From positions 3,229,303-3,293,302 of the forward strand of contig CAJINV010000008.1 of NCBI GenBank assembly GCA_905178155.1: a stretch of 64,000 bases of DNA, in the 5' to 3' direction. Of this stretch, positions 35,301-47,600 are shown in pieces. This DNA comes from Amoebophrya sp. A120 (lineage: Eukaryota > Protista > Dinoflagellata). Position numbers and translations under genes: made by a program. The notes beneath the pieces were generated by a model, which saw only the letters and a list, made by a program, of their open reading frames with translations, had not been told where the DNA came from and made no database searches. The first letter of the stretch is position 1. Each line of letters opens with the position of its first letter.

Positions 35301-38300
35301 GAAAACCTGCGCGACCCTCTCGACGTCCGTTTCCGTGCTGTTCATGACTTCGTAAAGCCTCGCCCGACAGGACTTCAAGATCGACGCACCCGTAATGGAG
35401 GAAGCAGCTGCTCCACCTCCGCCCACATAGGAACTGATATCGCCCCCCGTGCTTGCTGTTTTCCTGGTTCGCATAGCAGCACTATCTTCAACAGCAGCTG
35501 TTGTTGTGGAAGATCCACCTCGCAGTAGATCTCCCAGGATCTCCGACCCCGCAGAGCTCGTTCGCCGCTCGGTTACATTTTTGCTGGCCACAGCGACAGC
35601 GGATGTGGCTGCGGAGGAGGACGAGGAGGACATCGGCGCGCCTAGTATTCTGCCCCCCTGACGATCCGCGGGTGCAGAGGATGAAGGCCCCATTCCGATG
35701 CTCCGCACGTAGGCAACGGCGGTTTGCGCAATGCTGCCACACACGTTGAGCAGAGACTTGGTAAACACCGCTGCGGTGGAAAGCTGACAGCCGTCGTGGG
35801 TTATCCTGAGTAAACAAGTCTCCACCCGACCATAGTTGCCATGCAGATTTGCATCTACGTAGATCTGTGTCTGTAATGCGCATGATCCGCATGAGAAGAG
35901 TTTGTAGTCGTGTTCTGGGAGTTAGGACAAGCAGGCGTCTTTGTGTTCATGCCGCTCTCCTTTCATGTAACCAGCACCCAACTGGGCCCGATGCAAACTT
36001 GTCATGCACCACTCCCAAAATTTCGAGATTTGCGCTGCATATTTTTTACCAACTCGACAATCGCGTGGGGATGTTCTTACGCAGGGTATCGGTGATCTTC
36101 AAGTCAAACTGGTGTCTGTACTGCGTTTGCAGCACGTGAATGTCCTCGCCCTTGTAGGATTCCGTCCGCATCTTCTTCCCGAGCAGCGTCGCCTGCTGCT
36201 CGCCGTGCTCGGTCAGCTGCCCGCCCGACTTCAGGACGATCAGAATTTTCTTCTCCTCCAGGTCGTGCAGCTTCAGTTTGATCTTCAGGTTCAGATTCTC
36301 GGCGGAGAAGCGGCGCGTCGGAAAATAATTCTCCTGCAGCAGCTTCACGATCTGCTCCAGGTGCTTCCGATCTTTCGAGAGCAACTTGTAGCTTTTTCTC
36401 ACAACAGAAGAAAAAGTAGAAGAAGCCCCTTCTCCTCGCCCAGCCGTCGCTGATTCGTCTTCTTGCTGCTGCTCCTGCCCAGCTGCTTTAATATCGCCCC
36501 CCATTGGAGAGTGTTGCTGGTTTGATGGCTCCACCTCTGTTTCCGATTCCGTCTGCATGTTCAAAACCCCGCCCGATTCGCCATTTTTAAGTAAGTTCCC
36601 CGCCAGGTAGTTCGATTCGAGTCTGGCTGAAGTCTGAGAGGATCCAGCGGACCGCAGAGCCCGGTCTTGCTCCAGTATTTCCTGCAAAATCTTCAGAACC
36701 TGCTCGAATTCGGCTCGGTTCTGCAACGTGACATCCTCCGGTCGTTCGGTCGGTTTCCTACTTTGCTCTGCTGCTGCTGGTGGGTGATGTTTATTGTTCT
36801 TCTGCTCTCCGGACCCGTTTGGTGGCTGTCCTTCCTGTAGATCACTCTGCGCAGCAGAGGATGGAGACTGAGGCCCCATTGTCTTTACACCTCCAGGTTC
36901 TCTTGTGTCGACGGACGTGGCAGCTGGTGAAGACGGACCCTGGCAGCTGACCTGCTCTCTCGCCGTGTTTTCCTCTGATGCGCCGGACCCTGGCAGTTGC
37001 CGGTGTTGACTACTACTACTCGCCGCGTGGTCCACCACACCAGAAACATTCGCGAAAAACTGTTCTAGGAGTCTTTGACTGTAGACGAAAGCCTTCAACT
37101 TCTCCCGCGGCGTCGACTCCGCGGCCCGAAGACACCCGAGAATCGCGACAATCTGGTCCTCTACCTCTGGGGGGTCCTCGGGCTGAGTGTTCCAAATTGA
37201 CTTCTTCACGTCTACGCGACTTTTCGCCGTCATAAATGTGCTGGAGGTGGTGTCCTCGATTTGGTCCTCTGCACCTCGTCGTCCACGTTCTTCGCCCATG
37301 TTATTGTGCTGGGCAACTGCACTCTTCTTCTCCGTTGTTGTTTCCTCCGAAGATGACAACTCTCCGGTCGACGGAACCTCAACAGTGGGACTGTAGTTCT
37401 TCATCGCATTTTTCGTCCGCTGCACAAACTCGTCGGCCTGCAGGTTCAGAAAGGAGCTCGCTTCGTGAAAGTGCAGCGTTTTCGGAATCTGGATCTCATG
37501 CTGCATTTGAACCGACTCCTTGGAAAAGAAATCGAAGTCGGTGTTCACCTCGGGATAACTTTTACTACTTGATGATTTTCTAGCACTAAACGGAGATGGC
37601 CGCGCTCCTGCGGTAGTTTCTTGTTCATCTGCAAGATAAACATCAGGATTGTCATGGCCGTCCCTCCTTGTAGTTCTTCTGTCGAGCTGTTGCAAGCTGA
37701 AGAAGTACTCCTCTCGGTACTTCTTCTGGGTCGCGATCCGGCGCAGCATCTGCGAGAGCACAAAGGCGCAATCACGAAAGTAGCCGGGCCTCTTCTTGAC
37801 GAAGCTCAAGCCGTTGACGTCCACCACGACGGTGCCCTTGGTGGGCGTCCGGAGCAGGTCGATCCCGCAAATCGTTTGTTTGAACGCCAGCACGGTGTTC
37901 TTCACGATGTTCTTTTCTTCTTGCGTCAAAATGATCGGGTACCGCAGCTCCTTTGTGGTCTTTTTGGATGTTGTCGTGGGTGTGGTACTAGCTGCTGCAG
38001 CAGTTGCTGTCGCAGGAACAACCCCCGCTGCTCGTGGCCCACCACCTGCCACTGGTGCTGGTATCTTTAAGCCGGCTTGGCTGCTGGAGGTCGTCTCGAC
38101 CTCGCTTGTTGTAGTTTCCTGTTTAATATTTTTTCCTGGTGTGGTCATGGAGGAAGATGAAGTAGTTCTTGCAGACGAGGTGGTCTTAGTTGGCACGACA
38201 ACCTTCACGTCCTCCACCAGGTCGACAAATCCGTCCACGACCGGCGCCTTCCGCGCCTCGGCGTACGCATAATTCGTTCCCACGGCGTACACTTTCAGAT

Positions 38301-40505
38301 CCACGCCCGAGGTGTGGTAGAAAGGCTCGTACAGGTAGCATCCGTCCTTCCGGATCGAGTACGTCGCGGACGATGCGCCCGCCGTACCACTATCGTGATT
38401 GCGAGCAATGCTCGCATGTAGCTGCTCTTGTAGTTGACTTGTACTCGCCTCCGAGTTGCTGGAGTCCTTGCGAGGCTGAGCATCAAGATGGCCGCTTTCC
38501 CCCGGCCCCGCCCCCGCGCTTTTTCTGCTACCGCCCTCCGTTAGTGTTATCCTAGATAGGTGTTTGGAGCTGCGCATGACGCCATCAATCTTCTGCTTCC
38601 GGAAGATCTTCGTGATGCCGCCCCCGTAGGAGGTTTGGGGGTAGTACACGTTGATATCGTGGTTCTCCGCCGAAAGAGGCTTCTCAACGAAGGGCTTCTT
38701 CAGCCGTCGCCCCTCAAACTCGATCCAGTCCTCCTCCTCGACGAGACTAGTACTGTAGTGGCCTTCTTGTTCTTTCCCTGCTTTCCGTAGCTGTTCGTGG
38801 TCGATACACAAGAAGTCGGGGCACGGGATGTTGTTTCGCTGCAACGTTTCGTAGACAAATTTGCGCGAGAGCAGCGGTTCCTGAAAACTGACGTCGTTCA
38901 AACACACCGGTCGCCGGAGTCGGATGTAGTGCAAACACTTCTGATATCCTGTGTAAAATAAACGTCCTCGTCCTCCCACATTCGTCATGCAAAGTGTTTC
39001 TGTCATGCGCAGCGGCCACCGAATTATGAGAGTGCAGCTTTTCAATGCTATAATCCGAGAGCTGGTCAACATGCTAGCATCAGAAAAAGCTGATCGATTT
39101 GCTCTCATGCGGCTGTACTCGCTAATAAAGCACACGATTGCATGGAACGAGGCAAAACTTGTGGTGCGCAACAGCCGAAATTGTTTGATTTGTGTAGCAC
39201 GGATCGTCCCATCTTCGCTCTAGTAGGTTGTAGGGTGGAGACTTTTTTACGTGGGATATCTGAATCGGAAAACCGTGGGTGTGAAAAGCGATCAGAAAAT
39301 CAACCACCGGCCACTCTTCCACCGGTTTGTTTAAAATGCAGCCGCTGTCACGCAGAAAAAAAACTACCACATCTTCACGCTTGTAAACAAAAACCGGATC
39401 CAATAGCATTATGCTCTTTTCGGTAGATCATTTCATTGTGTATTGCTACGTAACAGCATCCATTTTTTTTGCGCATCCGTGCAAAAGTGATGTGCTTATT
39501 TTTTTCTGCGCGATAGTCGTCCCCGAATATGACCGTCTCAATTGTCCAACACTCTTCGTCGAAGGGTGCTGCTGCACCCTTCGCTTTCCCATGATCTTCT
39601 GCTCCGTCCTTGGCGGCAGCGGCCAACGTGGTTCCGGGTCGGATCAACATTTCTGGGCGGGGGGGATTGAACCTCTGCAATTCCAGCAGAATGGCCTGCA
39701 TGCTGTCCCCGTACACCTTCCGATCCCGGCTGCAAATCCCCAGCGTGATGATCCTTTGTTTGTCGGACCTTCCATCTTGCAGCGTCGGTGCTGGATTTGC
39801 TGCTTTTTTCTCGGGCGTTTTAATATTTCCTTCGCCGTGCGCATGATCCTCACCTTGCTTATCACCTTGTTCCCTTCCAGCTGCAACGGATGCAGGATTT
39901 TTACGGCCTGACGCCTCGTCCCCCAGCTGCGGCCCTCCTTGTCGAAGAGGTTCTTGAGCGAAATTTTTTTCGTTTGTCGTGCCCGCCGCGCGAACATGTT
40001 TCGGCGTCGTCGTTTCAATAGCCGTGTCAAATAAGTTCCTTTCCTCGTAGTACTTTTCCACCACGCCGGCGGAAGTAGAAGAGGAAATGGACAATGAATT
40101 TCGCTGCGTCGTGGTTCCCGCAGGTGCAGCAGGAGCCACGACTTTATTTCTTGTCGCAGAAGCTGCATTTTTGACTTGATTGCCAACTGGTAGGGAAAAC
40201 CGTTCTGCCGCTCGTGTGCCGTGCGAATCAGAAGAAAGCTCTTGCGTGGAGGTGCTAGTGCCCGCGCCGCGGCCCGGGGTGGAAGCTACACGACTGGCGG
40301 AAGTAGTTTCTTGGTGGTGCTGCTCCTCCCCAAGCGGAAATGAATCATCTGGAGCTAACGGCGGAGATATTGCGTTCCGGTTGTGCTGACCATCGTTTTT
40401 ATTTCTCGCGAACGACGACGCTTCGGATCCAGAATCATACTCCTCCTCAGGATCAGATTCAGGGGTCCTCGAAAATGAAGACCCTTTGCTCTCGCCCTGA
40501 CCCAT
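32384..40505 (-). CDS. VIP1: PPIP5K/Vip1/Asp1-like inositol pyrophosphate kinase with degenerate histidine-phosphatase domain
   Basis: ATP-grasp kinase motifs IFGDD-ILNKPVEEWP, AFHTHGFP, KPFVEKP, DLKVYAVG, AEARKAPVVDG, ELRYPIIL, AFKQTICGIDLLR, DVNGLSFVK. C-terminal motifs LKSGGQLT, TAAVFTKSLL, TSLYFT, VEFSPG. Many low-complexity insertions. First in-frame ATG at 40505. Confidence 0.92.
38945..39258. mobile_element. Introner in PPIP5K (direct repeat TCTGA)
   Basis: TATCCTGTGTAAAA...TTTTTACGTGGGATA, with TCTGA at 38940-38944 and 39259-39263. Removal restores GFPIQKCLHYIRLRRP. Confidence 0.9.
39346..39515. mobile_element. Introner family D in PPIP5K (direct repeat GCCGC/GTCGT)
   Basis: TGTCACGCAGAAAAAAA...TTTTTTTCTGCGCGATA. 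Removal + 5 nt restores VIFGDDCILNKP. Confidence 0.85.
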
Positions 40506-42303
40506 GATATTGGCGACGACTCCACCGCCCGTCCTGGCAGTGCCAATGGCTCCTTGTTCCAAACGCGGGGAAAGATAGCAGGGACGGGAGATTCCGCCTC
40601 GTCTCGTCCACCCAGCAGGTTCTTTTTAGCGCTGCCCCATGTGCTGGAAAAATTCGGAAAATCAACCGAGGTTCCGCAAAAATACTTGAGCCATGTCGTG
40701 TCCGTGTGAAAGAATAGCTCCTTTCATTTCTTTTTTACCGTGTATCCTTACGGCCCTTGCCGGAGCCGGGGGCACTTCATCTCGTCACCTGTGACCTTGC
40801 ACAAGAAACGCTTTCTTGTGTATGACAGGCACACTAAAAGGGAGTGCCACGTGCGCTAGCTGGTGAGTGTCTCGCTCCTGCCACCTCGCGGGAAAAAAGG
40901 CAATCCAAAAACCCCCCCGTCGGGTTTTGAAGATAATGATAACATCCGGAGGACGGGAGGCCATAGTGGAAACGCACATCATAGCAACAGCCACACACTT
41001 TTATTGTTTACAGGCACCCCCAGTCCCCATGCACGGTAAAAATTTAGCGCGACTTTACTTGTTCCTCTACTAAACTTGTACTTCTAGTACCTAACGATGC
41101 TCACGTGGAACATTATTGATCTTGTACCAAAACCTACGAGGGAACATCGATGATGACTGTCTAAATTGCGTGCATCGCTGCAAAGGGAAACCGCGGTTCC
41201 ACACGGGAAACCTCCTGAAAATGAAACATGAGAAAATGATCATGGATGGTGCTAGCGCAAGTGTGAGTGCTTCTATATGCATGTAATATCGATCGCCGAG
41301 CGTGCATGTAAGCACCGACTGCGGGGGGGGGGCAAGCATGGATGTATCCAAGAGAAAAACTGCTGCTAATAAGAAGAAAGAACTGCGTACCAGATGAGCG
41401 CTACGGATAGGATCAGTTCTAGCATCTTTGCGTGCAGCCAGCCGAGCAAGGCAGTACAAAACGGATGATCTTCCTTCCACCTCTGTCTTCGTGTCACGTC
41501 TTGGTCTTCTACGCACTTCAAATAAAGAACGAACAACGATCGAGGCCTCATCTTGGTTCTCTGCAATAAGTACAAATTCAAATGACGGCTTGCCACGACA
41601 GCCGCGACGCCAAAGGCAAGAGGTGTATTCTTATTTCTTCCTTTTCTTCCTAATAGTCAAAGAAACTCGTCGTTTTTCGTCGCACGGCATTTCGTCGCTA
41701 TGCCGTACACCAACTTTTTGTCAATAACTTTTTTCCTCTTGTGGTGTGGTGAGAGAGAATCTCATGCCTTTTACAGAATTGATGCAGGAGCAAAGAAGAG
41801 CTTCTTGCTCATTCTTTATGAGAGTTCTTCATCAGTAAAACCTCTGCCTGCTAGATGTTAACACGATGGTGTTGCAGATAATTTTTTGTGAAAACTCCAA
41901 ACCCTACTTGTACTTACCACAACACCTCCCGACGCCTATAATCACCACACTCCGAAAATGCCCTGATCGACCCATTGCTACTTCTTGGCACGACAACTAC
42001 GTTGATCTTTATACTAGACGTGGGGTCGTCGCTTAAGGAAGCGAGCCGGAGTCTACCGTTGATTCCCAAACAGTAACTGAAAGATACCATGCCGCCCGCA
42101 GCCAACGAAAGCGGAGCTTAAAAAATCCGATTCAGCTCTTTCAATCGCATGTGGAAGTGAGGTTAATTTTGCTCGTGCGCTCCTTCCAGATGAAGAAAAA
42201 CGCAAAAAAGAGCGACCTACGGAGCATGCGAGGAGAATGAAGAAAATCTCGTCGGCACTTCCACATCGGCGGTGGCGGTCCACAACTGGACCAGCCTAGT
42301 ACT

Positions 42304-42534
42304 TCATTTCTGCAGAGAATTGAAGATGCTACAAAAAGTATTCGCAGTGACAATGAAGCCATGGCCCACTTCAGTTTCCAACTGGAGGAGACCACCAGTC
42401 CATTCTTCTTCCGACAAGAATAATGATGACGCTGGCAGGAGTGTGCCCTTTGGCGGACTGCTGTGATGTGCTACTCCCTCCTCCAGCCCGAGGACGAAAC
42501 CAATCGCAAATAATATCGCTACTGCTTTTCTCAT
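42304..42534 (-). CDS. Possible first exon of a small secreted protein
   Basis: MRKAVAILFAIGFVLGLEEG looks like a signal peptide; downstream exons not resolved. Confidence 0.3.
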   Translation of the reverse strand: MRKAVAILFAIGFVLGLEEGVAHHSSPPKGTLLPASSLFLSEEEWTGGLLQLETEVGHGFIVTANTFCSIFNSLQK

Positions 42535-44617
42535 CTTCTGCGAGAAAACGTTGCCCAAAAATCGAAATCCGCCACGAGACCGTGCTTGCCACTGCGTAGC
42601 CACGGCCCGCTACAGATTCTGTACTGATATATAAGAGTATTTTATCTTTTCCTTTCGACCACGTTTTTCCCTTTGAATCTATTCCATAAAAAGCTGTGCC
42701 TGTTCTGCCTGATAAGGAAAAAATTACCGTCGTCAGAGCTGGAGCAAATACCCACCAGGGCCGCGGAGTTCTTGTGTAGCAGTGACAACAGGGCTGGACT
42801 TATCATCTACATATTTTAGGCGATTGCGATTTTCTTCTTGTGTTTGGGCATAAACTTGCGGCACCTGCTCTCCTGGCTAGCTTGAGAGAGCAAGAAGTTA
42901 ACAGTATTTCACATGTCATTGCGCACTAGTGCAGTGGTCACTAGATTTTATTGTTACAACAAGCAGCCATGTCGAGTGACCACGGCGTAGTTCATTTCCA
43001 TTTGTTCAAGAATAGCGCACAGACGCACATTGTAGTCATGAGGCACGCCAACCTATGTATAAAATTTTGCTGCTGAGTAGTGTAGTCGTGCCACACCCGC
43101 ATGTCGCTAAACACTAACACACTGCTGGTTAATACAAATCTTTTATTTTGCGATTAAAGGGTAGAGATTCTATGCTGTCTTCGACTAGAAAAAGGGCCAC
43201 CGCGACCGCCTCATCCGGTGGCCGCATATGTCACTAAGAAGCGTGCCATGCGTGCATTTACGATATATTGCTTTGGTCGTGCATTTACGATGTAATAACT
43301 TGATCCTTGTCGTCATCACGTGACAAGATGAAAGATAGATTCGCTTATGGTTATGCGGTTGCGGGAACGAATTATAGCTAATGCGAAATAATCTTGAGTC
43401 TTAGTGTCAGTACGCATTTCACCTCCGAATTTCGTTCAACAATCCGGCCGGCTTAGCACTCCTGTTGAAGTACTAATCCGACCAGACATTTACTATCAGT
43501 GGCAAAGTGTGTCATACACGACCCCGAACCAGTCTGTCGTGAACGTGGAAGATGAATACGAGCGTAAGTAGCAGCTTTACGACCTCTCGTTACCTAGTGA
43601 CTTAGACTTTTTCACAAAGCCCTACTAACATCACTAGTATCCAAATAGAAAACAAAGAAACCTTACAGTGCTGCGAAGCAACTTTCCCCTAGTGGAGAAA
43701 GAAAATTGCAGTGTCGCTCTTCAGACTAGACTTGTCGTGCATTTTTTTTGTGATGGAAATTGTTAGTGAGTCACCCTTGGTGCGTATCATTTTCATTATG
43801 GAGAAAGGAATAGATACACCGCTGCAGTGTTGCAGACGCAGCGATTTCACTTTTTTCGAGCTATAGTTGTCTCGGCCTTTCTTTATATCGTTAGTATATC
43901 AGCTCTGTATTTCGGTTCTTCCTTATCATTATCTGTTGTATGAATCCAATTGCATTTTTTGTCTTGCCCAATCTCGGGGAGAAAAGCGCCATATCAAAAT
44001 GTAAATTACATGAAAAATCATCTTCTAGTCAGCTCTTTTAAATGCCGTTGTTTCCTTTCGTTGCAAGAATTATTTTTTTGCGCATTGTTCTTTGCCGGCT
44101 ATCTCTAGATACAATATCCTCTCTTTTATCAGGATAGTTACTGCCACCGTCAACGACGCAGACGTTGCGTCTTCTGAGTAAGTAAATAGCCTGGAAAATC
44201 CAGTCTGCAGCTGACAGAGACAGAAGAAAGTTTTTCTATCTGAGCTATAGCTTGCGCTTGGCCGTTGTTTCAGTCATAAAATCATTAATTCTTTTCGTTT
44301 TGCATCCACTTTGCATTTTTGCTAGCAAGCGGAATCGTCCTGCATCTCGTCATTTTTATTTGCCGTTCTTTGGTATACTTTCAGCTAGTAGATAATTTTC
44401 ATTTTGCATTGTCGAACTACTAGTACATCGCCATATGTCTCACAGCTATTGCAATGATCGGCCGATCGTCGCCTTAGAAAACGGAAAGATTACACAACAT
44501 GCAATATTAAACCCCTCTGTGAAATTCTCATCGTCTTTCGATCCGAAGTAAATGGTGAAAACCGGCCGCGATGGGTGTCCATCTTTATTCATTCACCTCC
44601 CATAGTATGATACTGCC

Positions 44618-47600
44618 TCACATCGTCCCGCAGGGCGGCAGCTCAGTCGGGTGCGGTCTGTAGTAGCCCGGACCGAATTCTCCACGGTACGGCCGGCCAT
44701 GCGCGTCCACATCTTCTGCCTTGGGAACGCTATAATCGTCGGCCTCGCGGCTTTCGGTTTCACTGACGGCAGGAGGTGAAAATGAATTTCCTTTGCCGCG
44801 GGGGCACAGATCTTTTGACAACGACTTCACCGATGCCCCGCTGTTGCTGCTTCCGCCAAAACTGCTCTCTAGGCTTCTGCTACTGATCGTGCTGTCAGCT
44901 TCTGAATACAGGTCATCCTCATCGACGTCGTCGTCGTCGCCCGGCGCACTGGCACTGCCGCGGTCCTCCTCGGGTGGTCCGGGGCTCGTGTTGCGACTGA
45001 AAATGCCGCAAAAATGGGGCGGGTGCGATGACCCGTCAAGATCTTGCGGCTCACCAGCACCATCTGCAGGCGGACGTAGTGATTTCTGTTCCGCCTCGTC
45101 CTCTGCAGAGTAGGCGTGCGGCACCGTGTGCCGCGGCGGGTTCATCTTGCAACCTCCCACCCTTTCCTGGGCGGAGTCGTTGCTTTTATGGAAAAGCATG
45201 TGCGCTCTTCCGTCATCACACGTGAAAAAATCCTCGAAAGATTTCTCTTCTCCGAAGCCATCGCCTGTCATTTTCGGGTTGTCGGCACCCCCGCAGCCAC
45301 ATCCACACAGGGTTTTATTTAATAGCGGTGTACTTGTTCCACTTCGTGGAGACGCAGAGCTGTCATCGTGTTCCCTTCCTCCTTATCCCAGAGAAAAAAG
45401 CTGGCAGGGCATATTTGTAAGAGCGGGGTAACAAACCTCCCATAAGAAGTTACCGGCTAACTTCTCATCCACCCGGCCGGGTGGATGAGAAGTTAGCCTC
45501 AGCGAGCCCGTCCGCGGTTGCTACCCCTTTCCCCGTCCGGCTCGCGCCCGTCCGTCGTTCCCATTCCCAGATCTGAAGCCATTTGGAAAAAAGTGCTATC
45601 AAAAAGCCTTGCGCTCTGATCCTTTTCGGGCGTGCACTCCCTTCAGGTTCTATAGCTTCGGCAGTGCTGAGAGCGCTCCGGCCCTAAACCTCAAGACGGA
45701 TGTCAAGAGGTCTACGCACGTATGCGCGCGAGTAGTTGGCTGCGAGTTAAACCTATGCACTTTCCCCCCTGGTTACTTCGTGTTGGTTGGTTTGGTTGCG
45801 AGTTAAACCAGACTCGCAAGGGGGGAAAATGCATATCAACCAAACCAACCAACACGAAGGAACCAGGGGGGGAAAATGCATATCAAGCAAATGCTACTTA
45901 CTTTTACATGCATGCTAGAGACTCTAGGAGTAGAAATGCGTAGCAAATGCTACTTCCTTGGAGAGATATCGCGAATTACAACTTTTGCGCGCATATATTA
46001 AAGTGCTCAATTCCTTTTACATGTGCTCACCCCCCCCCCCCTCCAGCCGAGATCTGGGAATGGGAACGACGGACGGGCGCGGCGAGCCCGACGGGGAAGC
46101 CGGTAGCAACCGCGGACGGGCTCGCTGAGGCTAACTTCTCATCCACCCGGCCGGGTGGATGAGAAGTTAGCCGGTAACTTCTTATGGCAGGTTTGTTACC
46201 CCGCTCTAATGCAAAAATAAATACACAGAAAAATTTGTCATGGGTGGCCCCATAGCATGCTGTTTTGGATATGCAATACAGATTTTTTTGTGTATTTATT
46301 TTCGCATTACAAATATGCCCTGCCAGCTTTTTTCTGTGTGATACTCCTCCAGCACCACTTTCATTTTCAGCTTCAACTTTTTCGTCCTCGCGGATCATTT
46401 TTTCTATGCCGGGATGCATTCCCTCGCCCCGCCTGGCCGCCCGGGCCGTGTGCCACTCCTCATCCGTCAAGAAGCGCGCCAGTTCGGCCTCGCTCAGCGG
46501 CGCGAGATGCGCGAGCGGGGGAGGAAGAGGGGACAGCTGCCGTACCAGAGCCGGACTGTTGCAGCACGTGCAGGAATCTTGTTGTACCTGTGACGCTTCA
46601 CCATCTTCACATGGTCCGCCTACAACTTCTAGGCCACTTCCACTATTGTTCCCTAGTTGTACTACCCTTTGTTGAAATTTCTTGCCACAGACCGGGCAAA
46701 AATGCTCCAGAGTCTCCTCGTCCTCGACCACGGTCTCAGGCAGGCTGTCCGCAGAATCAGACCGCTTGTCACGCAGGCCGCTAGTAGAGATCATGCCAGA
46801 GCTCTTCGTCTGTCCGTGGTCTTCTGCCTGCGAGGTCACCGAGGAGGAAGAACTGCTAGGACCGGAGGTGGACGATGACCCGCCGCTGGACTTCCGTTCC
46901 ACCTCCATTTCGACGTCGCGCCCTATCGTCCCGCCACCGGACAACTTCTCGTGTGCTTCTGCGTCCTCCTCGTCCGAAGCGTGTTCCTTTTGTCCCTCGA
47001 GTACTATTGGCAGTCTCTCGTCACACAAAGACTGCTTCAATTGCCGATTGTAGTGGTTCAGCAACACCGCCTGCGTCTCCTTCGTGATGTTTTTAAACCC
47101 GTGCTTCCCGCTATCGTGTGTAAAACCATATTTTAATCCATTTTCCCAAAGTCAAGAACAAAAAGTTGGAATTTCTGCATTAGCCAAGTTCAGAAGTTTC
47201 GGCACTCCTCATGAATGACAAGTGATCCTCGTCTGGGCACATATTGTAGTACTGGTTAGGTAGTGCAGTAGCATCGCAAAAATAAAGCTGGCGCCTTATC
47301 CTGTTTTACGCAGCAATTCGATTGGTTCCAAATGCCATCAAAAGACCATATACAACATGATAAACTCGCCGCTAGGCGTCGTCGGCATGTGTTTCTGTAT
47401 GACCAAAAAAGTGGGATCAGCATGAATACGTCTACGTTTTTACACCGGACGATACCTACCCAGCAGCGCCTTCGCTCGCGCCCGGGTTGTGCTCGGACAC
47501 GACGCACGCGGAAGTACCATATTGGCATCATCATGCTCGACCGCGTTCTTGAGGGCTTTCTGGCGTTCTCTTTGCGTGGTGAACTGGTTCCACCGCTTCG

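Noticed and set aside
35831-36053. Possible introner in PPIP5K (CCGAC/TCGAC flanks, TGTNATGC motifs)
   Set aside because: No TAT...ATA termini, and removal gives the wrong frame; a GT-AG solution (GTAAGA donor near 36080) fits instead. It could be a decayed element but is not supportable.
42650-44600. About 2 kb AT-richer region without ORFs
   Set aside because: No RNA gene, repeat or inverted-repeat structure recognised; treated as intergenic.
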